Positions 13,954 to 28,969 are shown, counted from the stretch's first letter. The stretch is 64,000 bases of DNA from Geosiphon pyriformis uo1 (GCA_016748015.1 JAAOMT010000183.1:380370-444369), one strand, 5' to 3'. The notes: a model not told the origin generated them from the sequence alone. A program made the numbers and translations.

Positions 13954-16900
13954 TAGGGTTCCGATTGAACCGAACTGAACTGAACTTTGGGTGTTGTTCA
14001 AGTTCGGTTTGAATTACGAACCAAACTTGAACTGAACCAATTTTTCAAAGTAGGTTCGATTCGAGTTCAGCATTGAATCTTTTTGACAAGTCTGAGTTTG
14101 GTTCAAGTCTAAAAAAAGATATAACTTGTACTACTTGTTCATCAATCATTACTTTGTTTAATTACTATAACCAATTAAAGAGGTATATAAAACTATGCAT
14201 GTATAACAACTCCACTCTCCAACTTACCAAAATGAATTCATTGTCAGCATCATCCAATGTTACCGAAGATTCAAAATCCAAAATAACAGAATTTGATAAC
14301 CCAAATAGTCCAAATATTAATATATTTGGTAAACATAGTTTTTAAAGTGAAGTATGGGACTATTTTGATAAGTTTGAGTGGATGAAAGAAAAAAAAACCA
14401 GCTAAATGTACAGTCTCAAAATGTGTGCATAAACCATTTTCTTACAGAACTATGGTGTTACCCGAGTAGAAAAACCAATCCGAAAAATATTGGAAAAAAA
14501 CATGATTAAAAAATGTGATAACTTAGAAAAACGTGATAATGCAAAATAACACAGAATAATACATTATAACTCAAGATAACACGAAATAACACACAATAAT
14601 GTGAAATAGCACAGAATAACTAGCTGTAACATAGGATAATTAGTTATAGTATGAAAGAACAAAGCAACAACAGAAATAACAAGCAATAGCTAGTAATAAC
14701 AAGCAATCGAAAGCAATCTTGTAAAACTAGAGATATGTATAAAAACGAGTAATTTTAGCAGAGTAGAAAAACAGACAGACAGATAGAAATAAATAGAAAA
14801 TACATTCTTTTATCCATATCTATCAAATCCATCTTATCTATACATCTATATTATCTCAAATAAAGAAAATATTTGAAATCAAAGAAATTACTTATTTATG
14901 ATCCATGAATTCTGTGTTTAAACCAAACTAATCATTCTCTTACCTTCGTTCCTGGGCAGATGCTCTTAGCATAAAATGCCTCAAACAATAACAATTTGGA
15001 CCAATTGCTCTTAATTATGGTAATTAACAATACTAATTTCTTTTATTTTTCTTTTCTTTTATTTTTCTTTTTTTTTTCTCTTTTCTTTTTTTTTCTTTTT
15101 TTTCTTTATTCTCTTGTGGAGTGACAACATTGTAAAATCAACTGTCTGGGAATAAACTTTGTGATAGCCTGGTAAAAGAAAAAAGCTCCTTCTAGGATTA
15201 AATATTAACATTATCTTGTTAGCTTACCAGAAGAGTAAAAAGACACTACCAAACTCTAGTAACTGCACTTAACTAGTTCAGAGAAAATAGCTTATATACT
15301 TAAACTGCAAACAGCCAAAACACCTCTTTGTGTTTTATAATCAAAGAACTCTATAGATAAAACTAGTAAAAAAATTTTAAAGATTGATATTACCAACTCA
15401 TCTTAAGTATTTAAGATAGAAATTTTCAAGCTCCCTATTATTAAAATTTAAAGCACCAAATGTTATCACAATACCTTCATTAAGTTTACCTGTAACAACA
15501 GATACTATCAAACCTTTATAATATTATTTAGAGGTTTTTTATCAGACAGTATATGTTACAATAGAAGAATATCATAAGAAAAGACAAAATATTCAGAAAG
15601 ATTACAAGTCAATTAAAAAAATGTTTTAACAAGTAAGATTGCTATTTTTTTATAATTTTTGGCCAATTTAACTAGAAAACTGCTTTAATCTTCTGTAGTA
15701 ACTACTATTAACATTAATAATGAAAAACTTTATAACATAATTACTATTTGGTTTATTAATTACCAATAACTACTTTTTATAATAAAAGATCTTAAATTAA
15801 TTAAAATATTCTAATATTTGAACCCCACTTCTCAATCTGTTTGTGTTAATACAATTAAAAATAGTGTCATAAAACTCTATGTTTTAAGTAGACAAAAATT
15901 AAATATAAGCACTACTTTTATTATAAAATATTTTTTTTTTATCTATACTTATAATATAATAAGCATACTTAGGTATAATTAAATCCAAAATTTTTTTTAC
16001 ATTAGATTTTTGAACATCTTTCAATAATAAAGTTTTTGTTTCTATTATCACTTATTATATTAATAACAATTAGAATCTTTAATAAACAATAATTAATTTT
16101 GAATTAATGAATAAATAACATAATAGAATAAATATTACAAATAGAATTTTTAAAATATTAAAAGATTATAAAATTATATTAAAAATATGTACATATATTT
16201 TTGCATAAATTTGAATTAGTTAATGGCCAATAATAAGATTAACATACTATATAGCATATTAGTATTATCTGAAGTTTAAAATTACCATAGTGCTTATATT
16301 ATTAAAAATTATATTTTCTCAATGTTAGTTTAAATTGGTTTTTATCATTATTCTAAAGCTGAATTTTTGATATTAGCATTATTTAAAATTCAAATTTATT
16401 ATAGTGCTTATATAATTAAAAACAATATTTTCTTAATATTAACTTAAATGGTTTTTATTATTGCCTTAAGCCAAATTTTTAGCCAAAAAAATTAAAAAAA
16501 AAGTTTTAAAAAAATTATACTTATTTTTTTTTATACAAGTTATTATTAATTTTATTAATTATAACTGACAGTTTCTTGCTATTACTCTCAATAATATTAC
16601 AAATAATAATACTTTTAAAAAAAAATTAATGAAAAAATTAGAAAAAAAAAACATTTAATGAAACTTGAAGGATCTTTAATTTTAATGCTTTGATTATATT
16701 TTAAACTTAAAAGTACAGACTAGACAAAATAAAGAATAATATTTCTAAGATATTTGTTAAAACTTAAACCAAATATATTTATCTAAAATTTTTCTAATGT
16801 AAACTTTATATAAATTAAAGATTAGAGAATTTAACTTTGCAATTTATATCTTGTCTTAATGTTTTAAGCTTTTTGAACATGTATGTAATATATGTTAAAT

Positions 16901-18095
16901 TAAATACTATAAACTTATTCTAAATTGTTCTATCTGGTAGAATTTTATTTATAACATAATCAGAAATAAGTTATTTTTTAAATCAGCAAGTTATTTATTT
17001 TTAATTCTGTATATTTTTAAATACAAAAATTCTAACTGTAAATTTATAGGCATTAAACACTTTTACTAGCATTTATATTAATCTTTATCAATATGTTATT
17101 TTATATAATTAATAGACTGTTTTTGATAAAATTAATAAATTTTTTAAACTATTTAAAGATATTATGATTAAAATATTAGCCAGTTTAAATAATACTGCCT
17201 CCTTAATTATTCACTTTTTTAATATTATTTTTAATCACATTAAAAACACAGTTAATAATAATAAATCTAGTAAAGTATTATAATCTTGATTGTATTTATT
17301 TAATTATTTATTTAAAATATTTAATATTAAATCTATTATTTGTTATGATGACTAAAGCAGCAAGAAAAAAGTTAGTTGAATATTACTTTAAAATAAATAC
17401 AATTGTAATGCTCTGTATTGTATTAGATTCAAAGAAAAAATTTTATTATTTTACAAAAAAAAAATTTTCAGATGATAATATTAATAAAATAAAAAAATTA
17501 TAAGTTATTAATTTATTCAAATGGTTTTATTTTTCAACTTTTACACAATAAATAAATCTTTAAAATATATACTTTTTTTGAAACAAAGTACATACTGAAT
17601 ATTATATTAATATCAAATAATAATTTTTTGTTGAATTACAATTTTAATAATACTATAATATTAGTTACACAATTCATATTAGAAACAGACTTTAATAATG
17701 ATAGAAAAAAAAAACTTGATAAAATTAATTGTTATATTTCTGAAAAAATAACCAATAGAAAAATAGATATAATAGTATAATTACAAATATAAGGTCATTT
17801 TTAGTGCCTAAAATTATAAAAACAGCATAATATTTTCAATTATGAATGCAAGAATTATTAAAAAAAAATTAAATAATAATATAATATAATATAATATTTT
17901 TAATAGTCGAATCTGAACATATTTATAAACTTTAAACTAAACTTAAATCAGACTTGTTATATATATTTGAGTTTGATTCAAGTTTAATAATTTTAAGTTT
18001 GATTTGAGTTTGAGTTTGAAATTTTGTCAAATTTTCTGTTCAGTTTAATAGTTCAATTGAATTTGAACAAAATCAGACTGAATATTAGAATCTTA
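13954..18095 (+). mobile_element. hAT DNA transposon copy 1 (decayed; interrupted by a solo LTR)
   Basis: Left TIR TAGGGTTCCGA, right end tagaatctta (decayed TCGGAACCCTA); 8-bp TSD ACTAAATT/ATTAAATT; subterminal GAAC/GTTC repeats. BED finger SEVWDYF..KCTVSKC at ~14345, LDFWTS-like catalytic motif at ~16003, LDPRKK-like motif at ~17423. Confidence 0.88.
14456..15497 (+). mobile_element. Solo LTR related to the Gypsy family below, inserted in the hAT BED finger
   Basis: TGTTA...TGTAACA termini; TSD ATGG/ACAG (both derivable from ACGG); shares blocks (aagcaatcttgtaaaact, gatagcctggtaaaaga, agcttaccagaagag) with LTRs A and B; transposase reading resumes after it. Confidence 0.8.
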
Positions 18096-19808
18096 ATTAA
18101 ATTAAATAATTAAAGTTTTATAAATTATTATAATTTTAATTATATTTACTTTAAGTTTTTTATTTTTTTATTATTTAATTATAAATAAAAATATAATTAT
18201 TAATTGTAATTTTATATTTATATTAAATTTTTATATTTTTTTTATTTAATTATAAGTTTTTATATTAATTATATCTTTACATTATGGAAAAAAGTTAATA
18301 TAATTATAAAGATTTATAATAAACAATAAAAGTTAAGAATTATTTGAAAAAAACTTAAATTATACTCAGATAATAATATTAAACATTGTGGTTTTATATA
18401 TAAATTTAATAGTTATTATAAACTAAAAAAAATAAGTTTATATTTACAATTATTATAATTGTAAACCAAAATACCAAAAATATAAATAATATACAAATAT
18501 TAACTATAAAAAATACTTGTTAAATAATTTTTAAATTCTTAATAATATTTACAATCATTTATTATACTAAAATGCTAAAAAATATTTTTTAATATATTGA
18601 ATTATTTTTGAAAACATTTTTAAAAAAATTTAATTCTTTATAAAACATAAAAAATTATTAATTATTATTTAAAAAAATCTATTAAAAACAAAATTTTTAA
18701 CAAAATTTATTAATAATTATAATTCATTATAAACAATAATATACAGCTAATTTTTATTTTACAAATATTTATATTAAATAAAACAACTGAATTTTATATA
18801 TAAATTTTAAAATATACAAAAAAATAACAATAACTAAATAATTAGTATTTATTACTAATATAATTTTATAATAAATACAATAATTAATTAAATATATAAA
18901 ATAACTTTTCTGATTTATTATATTTTTTATTTTAATAAAAAAATGTCAAAAAACTTTAAATTTAAGACTTTAATTTAAAGCAAAATAGAATTATTTTTTT
19001 AAATATTGTATTTTATTATCTTTTATAAGAATTATATTAATTAATAATTTTTTTTTAATATTAATAAACAAATAATTCAATAAATTATTCTTTATATTGT
19101 ATTGTAAATTAAATATAATTAAATATTATTAATATTTATAATAAGATAAATTAAATATATTTAAAATTATTTTAGTAATTACTTTTAACAATAAAAATTT
19201 TAATATTTAAAATTTTAGTTTTAATATAATAAATTTATTAAGAATTTGTAAAATTAATAATTAAAAATTTATATTTATAATAATAATAATTAATTTAATT
19301 TATATTTTTGTTTATATATTTTTAATATATCTTATAAAATTATTTGTTTTTATTATTTTAAATAATAATATATTTAAAAATTATAAAATTTTACATATAA
19401 ATAATACTTTATATTAATATATTAATAAATAAAAAGATATTAGTATTATTAAATTTAAATGTTTTATAAATCCAAAAATTATAAAAAATTACTTAAATAA
19501 AATACTTATATTAAATTATATTTAAAATTGTAATATATGTTTATATTATACAATACAAAAAAAATTCAAATATAATAAAATGTAAAAACTTATATAATAA
19601 ATAATTTAACTTGTTATTAAAAATAATAATTATATTAAAAAAGTAATATAATTAAAAAAATCTATAAACCAATACAAAAAAATATTTATTGTTTCAAAAA
19701 AAACCAAGTTTTTATAAATAATAATTAAGTAAATAATATTAATAAAAAAAATAAGTTTAAACAATTTAAAAAATTTTTAATATCACAATATAAAAGATAA
19801 CTAAAAGT

Positions 19809-21793
19809 TAAAGTTTCAATTAAACCAAATTAAACCAATTTTTCAAAGTAGATTTGGTTTGAATTTGGTATTAAACCTTTTTGACAAATCTGAATTCAGT
19901 TCAAGTCTGATTCAAAATTTACAAACTTGTTCAAGTTCAATAAAATTAAAAAAATATATAACTTATACTATTTGTTTAGCCAAAAAGATTAAAAAAAAAG
20001 TTTAAAAAAAATTACACTTACACTTTTTTTATATAAGTTTATCATTAATTTTATTAGTTATAATCGAATTTTTTTTTGACAGCTTCTTGCTATTATTTTC
20101 AATAATGTCACAAATAATAGTACTTTTATAAAAGAGTTAATAAGAAAATTAAAAAAGAAAAACATTCAATAGAACTTAGAAAATTTTTAATTTTGATGCT
20201 TTAATTATATTTTAAACTTGGCAATGCAAATGGCTCTAGATAAAATAAAAAAAGATGTTTTAAAGATATTTGTAAAAATCCAAACTGAATATATTTATCT
20301 AAAAATTTTTTAATATAAACTTTGTATAAATTAAAAATTAAAAAACTTAATTTTGCAATCTGTATTTATTCCAATGTTTTAAGTTCCTTAAACATATTTG
20401 TAATGGATTTTAAATTAAAACCATAAACTTATTCTAAATTATCTCATCTAGTAAAATTTTACTTATAATATAATTAAGAATAAGTTATTTCTTAAATTGT
20501 TAAGTTATTTATTTCAAATTCCATATATTTGAATACAAAAATTTTAACTGTAAATTTATAGGCATTAAATACTCTTACTAGTACTTATATTAACTTTTAT
20601 TAATATGCTATTTTACATAATTAGTAAGCTGTTTTTGATAAAATTGCTAAATTTCTTGAATTATTTAAGAATATTATAGTCAAAATATCAGCCAGTTCAA
20701 ATAATACTGTCTTTTTAATTATTTTTCTCTTTAATATTATTTTTAATTATGTTAAAAATATGGTTGATAATAATAAATCTGATAAAGCATTATAATTTTG
20801 ATTGTATTTATTTAGTTATTTATTTAATATATTTAATATTAGATTTATTACTTGTTATGATGGCTAAAACAGCAAAAAAAAAGTTGGTTGAATATTATTT
20901 TAAAACAAATACAACTATAATATTCTGTACTGCATTGAATCCAAGAAAAAAACTCTATTATTTTACAAAAAAAATTTTTTAGATAACAATATTAATAAAA
21001 CAAAAAAATTATAAGTTATTAATTTATTTAAATAATTTTATTTTCCAACTTTCACATAATAAATAAACCTTTAGAATATGTAATTTTTTTGAAACAGAGT
21101 ACACATTAAATATTATACAACATCAAATAGCAGTTTTTTGTTAAATAACAATTTTAATAATACTATAGTATTAGTTATACAATCTATATTAGAAACAAAT
21201 TTTAATAATGATATGAAAAAAAAACCTTGATAAAATTGATTATTATATTTCTGAAAAAATGACCAATAAAAAAATAGATGTAATAGTATGGTGAAAAATA
21301 TATTACAAAAAATATTTATCTAAATTAACATTTTATTAATAATTTGATATTTAGATATATTAAACACAATTTCTTTATTTTGCATGTATAGCTTATAATT
21401 ATTTGGTAATTTAAGGATCTTTTGTTGTTTTTAAACACACATTTTTTGCAGGTAAAAATATGATTACAGATATAAGATCTTGCTTAGTACTTAAAACTAT
21501 AAAAGCAGCATAATGTTTTTAATTATAAATACAAAAACTATTAAAAAAAAATTAAATAATAATATAATATAATATAATATAATGTTTTTAATAGTTGAAT
21601 TTAAACATGTTCATAAACTTTAAACCAAACTTGAACCAGACTTGTTGTCTGTATTTAGGTTTGATTTAAGTTCAATAATTTTAAGTCTGATTCAAGTTCA
21701 AGTTCAAAATTTGCCAAATCTTCTGTTTAAGTTCAGTTCAGTTTGGTGGTTCAATTGAACTTGAACTAAACTGGACTAAACATTAGAACTCTA
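19809..21793 (+). mobile_element. hAT DNA transposon copy 2, internally deleted
   Basis: Decayed TIRs taaagtttcaa / tagaactcta; 8-bp TSD CTAAAAGT/CTAAAAGC. Colinear with copy 1 but lacks the segment equivalent to ~14140-16480; retains a decayed hATC dimerisation region (~21290-21525). Confidence 0.88.
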
Positions 21794-22839
21794 CTAAAAG
21801 CCATATAAAAAATATATTTGTAATATATTTAGTTAATTAGAACATAATATTACAAAATATTAAAATTTTTAAGTATAATTTATTTTATTTATGATTTAAT
21901 TTTAATTTAATTTATCCAATATTTTTTTTAATAAAAACACAAAAATACATGTAATAATTAAATTATTATTATTTAATTATTTGTTTTTTATTTAAAAAGT
22001 ATTTATATAATATCTGATAAAATATGTGCAAAGTTGGCTTAATAATAACTATATTTTTTATAACTCTGAATTTACCACAATTTTGTTTAGAAAAAAAACT
22101 AATAATATTATAATATTCATATCTGGTGTCTTTTTTTAATTGTTCATGACTAATATATAATATGTAATAGTTAAATTTTAATAAAATTTTCAACTTTAGT
22201 CAAAGCTATTTCTGAAGTTGTTTTATATAACAAGCTGTTATATTTACATTTATTCTAATATTAATATATGTAAATTTTTTAAATTAAAAATAAAATTCAA
22301 ATTGCTATTTTTTTAATTAAATAAAACAACATATTTTATATGTTATAATAAAAATTGATTATTTCAATATTTTAATATTATTTAAACAGCTTTTTGTTTT
22401 TTGTTTTTTATTATTAATACAAACTGCACTAATTTTTTCAAGTTTAATGCTGCCATTGAAATAAATTCAAATTAACACAATACATTTGTTATGTCAAACT
22501 TCAAAAGTGTAATTGGATACAATTGGAATTAGTATTATTCTTATTAATTTAGTTGTAATCTGTACTCACAAATTTACTTAATAAATTAAAAGCAACAACA
22601 TATGCATGTAAACTGTGTAAGAAGAATTATTTAGATAAGAACACTAAGTTTCAACTTTAAGTCTATGAGCCATGGGATAATTTCCATAATGTCATAAATT
22701 CATTTATCTTTTTTGATAAAGACATTCCGGGTTTCACATATACATAAATATTCAGGTAAATCTGAATATAACTGAATAGTTTCAAGGAAATTTTAATTTA
22801 AATTGGGCCAAATATCATAAGTTGCTTTATATCTAAAGA

Positions 22840-23350
22840 AGCATTACCCTGACTTCATTTGGGTTATAAGAAAGAGAGCCTATGTTTTATATTATTGGAT
22901 CGTGGAGCTGTTACAGTACCCCTACTTCCAAATGCAGTTGTAGTAATTAATTGTGTAATTGCATTTAAGATTCTTAAATTAAAGAAATCTCAATTTGACA
23001 CTACGAAAACATCAAAAGCTCGAAAAATTGATATGTGCTAAAATTGTACAAGACTTTTTAACTTGACCGGCAAGAATCTTAATTCATATCAATTATTGGA
23101 AACAGACTGTAATGATTTGGTTAAAAAAATTTTAGAATTGATGCTTGCATGATACCTATTTATTGGCTTTTCAAAAAATCAGCTACCCTTCAAAAAAATG
23201 TTCTTCTCACACTTGAAAATAATAATTTTGCGGCTATAAAATGCCTATTGGATTATCACACCGAAAACGCCTTTGATAATATTGGATTGATGAACACTAT
23301 CACTCCAGGTTTGCCATCAATACAAAGAGCATTTCCAGGTTTGGTATAAT
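22840..23350 (+). pseudogene. Decayed gene fragment, possibly from a TRP-like channel family
   Basis: Protein-like stretch AIKCLLDYHTENAFDNIGLMNTITPGLPSI; broken frames; family assignment is from recalled resemblance only. Confidence 0.25.
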
Positions 23351-23399
23351 CCTTGTTCAAAATCTTCATCCTAATAGGACTCTTTTCCCAAAATGTATT

Positions 23400-23858
23400 T
23401 GGAATTAAACCTGGATAAATCTCATTTAGGTGTCATTCAACTTGAACCTCCAAATCAAAGCTTTCACAATTGATATTAATCTCTTTCGAAGGAAAAACAC
23501 CTTTCAAAAACTAGAACTCATCGTTTTTTAGAGAAAGGCTCGATTTTTTTAAGTTGTGGAATGGGTTCACACAGAAAAAAATTTAAAACTATGGATGGGC
23601 CAGAATCCCCGACCTTAATTCCATAGAAAATATCTGGAAGCTAATGAAGGATAAAATCCAGATGCGCAAAATTTCCGAAGACTAAGAGAACTTAGGCTGC
23701 TCCAAGAGAGGGGTGGTCTAATTTTAATACTTCAATTCTTCGGGAAGTTGTGGACCCAATGCCGCGAAAAATTAAAAGAATTTTGGATGTGAATGGAGCC
23801 GACAAAATATCAATATATTCAATAAAAGATTCGGGCGTTATTTTCCGAGACAACTGTA
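23400..23858 (+). mobile_element. Tc1/mariner 3' fragment with right TIR
   Basis: SPDLNSIENIW motif (tccccgaccttaattccatagaaaatatctgg, ~23606); ends ...ttttccgagacaactg followed by TA (CAGT-type TIR, TA target). Confidence 0.7.
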
Positions 23859-24161
23859 CAAGCTAGGAAGAGATCAAATATACTTCATTGAACTGGAAAT
23901 CGGAAACCAACATTTTGCAGTAGCCAGTTCCATTTGACAATTCAAATATTTAAAAGGAATTATAATGTGAGCTGTTAGCCCCGTAATAAATACATTTAAG
24001 GGTTAAGATCGCTCTGTATTCGAAATACCCACATATTGGTTAAAATTTTGATTATAAATTTGCCAGGCTCCGTTTATTTAATGAATTTATGAAAATGCCA
24101 CAAGAGACGACTTCTATCCGAAGCTTTAAATATTCTCAAAACCATTCCATGAGAGTTTAAG

Positions 24162-25871
24162 TTAAATATGACTCAATTCAACAGCATAACTGACAGATAA
24201 CTATTAAGGATAGCAATGGTAAGCTCATGATTGTCAAAGAAATTTTCGTGACCCAATTTTGAAGCTGAAAAATATTTTGAAAACTTGCCTTTGAAAATTC
24301 GAGCATATGATTGAAATCGAGGTTTTTGATGACATCGTTAGATGTGTGAATGTATGGGTTGCTGTCATGAAATTCACTTTCAATTGTAAAGGCAGATGGG
24401 TATCCAGCCTGTAAAGGTATTTTGATCGGAGAAAATTAATCCCAAAGAACGATATATAATCAGATGAACTTTAATTTGAACTCACCTTTCGCCAAGATGC
24501 ATGATCAGAACAGGCATACCTTTAAAAGGGGTATAAAAATGTATTTGGGTTAATCGAATTTTTCGACATTATTAATGATTTAAATTTTGGCAAATGTAAA
24601 TTAAAATCCCCTCACCCGCATTCGGTATCTTTCCAGGGGATTTTAGCATATTTCTCGACGAGTGCTTTGATAAAGACTGTCAATTGAGGGTCAACGTAGT
24701 CTGTAATAATGCCAAAAGATTCTGGCTTTTTGCCGACGTAACCAGTCATATCGTTCTATAAAATAAAGCAAGGTTAAGTTTTATCTAATTCAAATGTACG
24801 TTTTCATATAAAAAACCTATACCTGCAACATGGCAATGACATCCCTGCCTTGTTTCTCGTATTCTATAGCGATGGCTTGAGAGCCGAGTAAACCACCTTC
24901 TTCGGCAGAATACCAATGAAATTCCACAGGACGTACGGGTTTGAACCCACCTTTAACCAATACACGGAAAGCTTCAAGAATAGTGACCGTACCGCTCCCA
25001 TCATCGTCAGCTATCCATCAAAGATTTCATTAATTCTCATTTTGAATTTTATAATATCGAATAAAAATAATACATACCACCAGGTGCACTTCCAAACGAT
25101 GGAAACCACATATTAACAGAGTCCTGATGAGCGCCAACAATCACAACTTCATTTTCCTTATTCGGTTCAGTTCCATTAAACCTAGCGATAATTGAATTTT
25201 GTCCCCAGTTATGCTTGAATTTTCTTACAGATACCACGTTTTTGTCCGGAGCTGTCGCGATGATATCAGCTATTTTTTCGTAAAGCCAATCTGAAGAGGA
25301 GGCACCAGATCGTGATTTGTAGTAACGGGTACGGAAAGAAGTAAATTTTTCCAGGTTTTCTTGCATATATTTAGTGGTCAAGTCAGCAAGGAAAGGAGTT
25401 ACTTCTTCCTGGAATTTTGGTTCGACTGGGAATTCTGAGTTAAAAATCAGAAAAGCAAGAGATTTTGAGGTTTGTATTTTATAAAAGAAATCAAATATGA
25501 AATACATCCTCGTCGTTTCAATCGAAAACGTGATCATACTTACCGCGTGTTTTCCCATTATTTATTTTGAAAGTTTTACCCAAATCCTCATAATCAGTAA
25601 TATCCATAAACTTGACTCGTTGCCGAAACAATTCCCAGATTTCACTTTCCGTCATCCATACTGCGGGTTTATTTTCGGCGGTTTGAATGAGCCTTAAGTC
25701 CTCGCTATCTTCATCATTGGTGTTCTTGATGACAGTAAGTGATTTGACCGGTTCGACTTGATGTTGAAACTTTATCGTGATACGATGATGAAATATCTCT
25801 GTACTTGGTAACGCCAAGACGGATGCTGGTAAAGCAACAAGCAAAGACACAAGCGACAATAATTTAACCAT
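24162..25871 (-). CDS. Secreted leucine aminopeptidase (peptidase M28, Lap1-like), 7 coding exons
   Basis: Signal peptide [20 protein letters not shown]; Zn ligand motifs [49 protein letters not shown]-terminus [12 protein letters not shown] is reached via GC-AG intron 24201-24288. Probable 5'UTR intron ~25884-25976. Confidence 0.95.
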
Positions 25872-26889
25872 ATTTCTTGAACCCTGTTTTCTTAAAGAAA
25901 TTAAAATAAAAAATTAAAGCCATTACACATATTATAAATTTTACGAAAATTGATAAAATTTTGATTCCCAACTTACCTTCAAATATGGAAAAAATATTTC
26001 AAGCTGACTTTAAAAAATTCCCCTTAAATACCAAAAAAAAATTCCATTCCCCTTATTGCCATATGTCACCTACCCATTAGGCCCGTAAGTAAGTCTCATG
26101 CCCTCGCACGAAACAAGAATCAGTCTGAGAGACTTCCATAAGAGGCTACTACTTTATTCGGCTGGTTTCTGGTGTGACGTTTCGTTCTTTTTCATTTTGA
26201 GTGACGATGTTTTACTTAATGAGGATAGCGCAAAATTTTTCGAGACAATTAAGCAGGAATGCCTTATTGAACAGATAAAAATGTAAGCCTTACTAGCTTT
26301 TTTCAAAAGCAAAAAAAACTAGGACAAAATTAAATAAGTTTTGATTTACTAACAGTCTTAAAAAATTGAATCGTAATCATTAAATTTAAGTAATTTGAAA
26401 AATCTAACTTTCAAAATGAAAATAACTGAATAACTTTTTTGTATTTATGGCTTCAAATTTAAACTTACGTCATTTTTTTATTATTAAATATAATTTATTC
26501 AATATTTATTGAATATAAAAGTTTTTATTAATTGAAATTATGATTTTTCAATTGGGTTTAAATATTTTTCCAATATTTGTATTACAGATTTTTTTTATTT
26601 GCTATAACAAGGTGTAATCCTTCCACTGTTTAATCTAGGTAACTATAGATGTGGATCGTGCGGTTTCAACACGTGACCAGCCATCTGGACTTACGTTAAA
26701 GATGGCGCGTTATAATATAATCCAAAGATTAAAAGTAGATTAGCACGATTTTTCCAGTTATAATCTACTAAGTCCAAATTGTCTGTGTAGGACCATCCGT
26801 TCCTTTTGTAATCTAATCTCATTTCTGCAGTAGGCATCTATACCTAACTTTATGAGCAATCAGGAGTAATCTGACAGTCTCTACAATTT

Positions 26890-28470
26890 TAGATGTTGCT
26901 ATTTTCGCATTGTTATACAAATTCAATGCTTCACGGTACTAATCTTTTAATACAAACCCTTTCACCAGGATCATGTCCCATCTCAAATCTGCCGAATCAT
27001 GAATGCCATTGCAAGAGGCCAATTCCGATAACTTTTGTAAGATTCCAAAATTGTCAATGCCTAGGCCAGAACTAGAGGGCTACTTAATCCCACAATTTCA
27101 ATGTCTGACGCACATTCGAAAATATGATCAGAAACATCAAACCCCACATTTAATACATGGCATATTAGAATATCCAACATTGTACAGTTTCTTTTGTTCA
27201 GCCATCAGAAGCCTACCATGTAGTGCTTTCATTATGTAGGTGCAGAGCCCAGCTGTTTTGGCACTGGTGAAACCGGAATTAAAGTGTGAATCTGAGTGTC
27301 AGACCAAAACCATTTTTTCCCAAACAATGTCATTAACAAAATTTATATCTAGACATTTTTTTGCTAGTTTAATTTCCCATCGAGCACGGTTGGCAGCTTT
27401 GTAGTCATAATGGATAAAATATTGGGATAGGTAGACCATTTTTGCTCTGTAAAAACCTCTCTGAAATCCTACACGATATCCCGATTTTTGACAATGTAGC
27501 CACATTAGCTAAATGATCGGCTATTTCATTCCCGAGTGGCCTTTAACTTTGATCCAATTTACCAACAGGCTTTTCTCTCTCACTATATTTGCAATTCTGT
27601 GCCTTTCCATCCAGCATTTATTTCTGAAGTCAACTCTATAATTCCCAATTTCATCTTTACACATGCTTATCGCAGCACTATTGTTTGTAAAAACATCGCA
27701 AAATCTACCTTTAAGCATGCATTCCAAAGCTAATGCCATTGCTGCCAATTCGGCTTTGTCCCTTGTTTAAGTTATAGAAATAGGCAGCAGCACTACCAAT
27801 AACCATTTTTTACATATCCATTTGTATAAATTGACAATCTCTCCATATTACACTCCTTTAATCACGAATATATCTCACTAAAATCCAACAGAGAATCAAA
27901 GTTGGCATCCATCGTGCTTATTAATCTACTGTTCCTATTTAGATTTATTGCATTGTCCAATTCTACCAAATATTCGGCACAAATTTTGAACCAGATTGGT
28001 ATGAGCCCTTTTGGATCCAGGCACTTCTATTTCTTGAAAGTGGTCCAAGTCATAACATTGCTCTTTTTATCCAATAACTGTTTAATGTAAACAACACCCA
28101 ATTTTTTCAAACTCTTCACTGTCTTATAGTAAACTGCTTCATCCAAGATATCCATCACCATGGTACCACTCCCAGGTTTGAAAGATTGTACCTTGATATT
28201 GTCCATTTCTAAACCAAATTTTGATAACACCTGCCATGTAAAAAAATCGAGAAACTGGTTCTTAACTTTGCAGCTGTTACTAACAAATTTTTTGGTCTCT
28301 ACTCCAATGTATCCAAATCTATAAACCAATATTCGTAAAGCCTTCCAAGCAAACCTTAACATTCGCAAACTTAACAGTTGCAGTCACTTTATTCTCAGCC
28401 TGGACTTGGGCGAAAGTCTTGACATTATAGAAACATAAGTTGGCTTTTTTTAAACTTGGTTCACACAAGC
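26890..28470 (-). mobile_element. Non-LTR (LINE) ORF2 3' fragment with RNase H and C-terminal Zn finger
   Basis: LGVVYIKQLLD..GLIPIWF; MALALEC..VFTNNSAAI..WIKVKGHSG (RNase H); TAGLCTYIMKALHGRL..PCIKCG; deletions present, CpGs retained. Confidence 0.8.
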
Positions 28471-28969
28471 CAAATTTTTTCAAGTTGATACTTCGATTAA
28501 TCTAGGATGCATTACGTTGTCACATGACTATTTTCCACTTATATTATTTCCCAATCATAAGATTTGTCATATCAAAGAAGACCATTATGTATTAAATAAC
28601 TATTAATTTTATTTCTCCAATTTTTCATGTATAAATTTAAAGAACTTTATAAATTTCTTGTATATTTTAAACGTTTTTTCACAATTATCTATTCTATTCT
28701 GCAATACTAATTAAAGTTTTTTATTTTTTTTCAAATATTTTTAATAATTAAACCAATAACAAAAATAAGTATATTATTTAATATTTCTTTTAATACTAAA
28801 AATTTATTTTTTGTTAAACTTTTTTTCAATTATATATAGTTATTATATAGTCTGTAATAATTTTAAAAAATATTTTTCTAATTATCTCAATTAATATTAT
28901 AGACCTAATATTAATTAAAATATCTTTTTATTTATGTAATTTAAAAATTATTAAAATTCAAGTTTTAAT

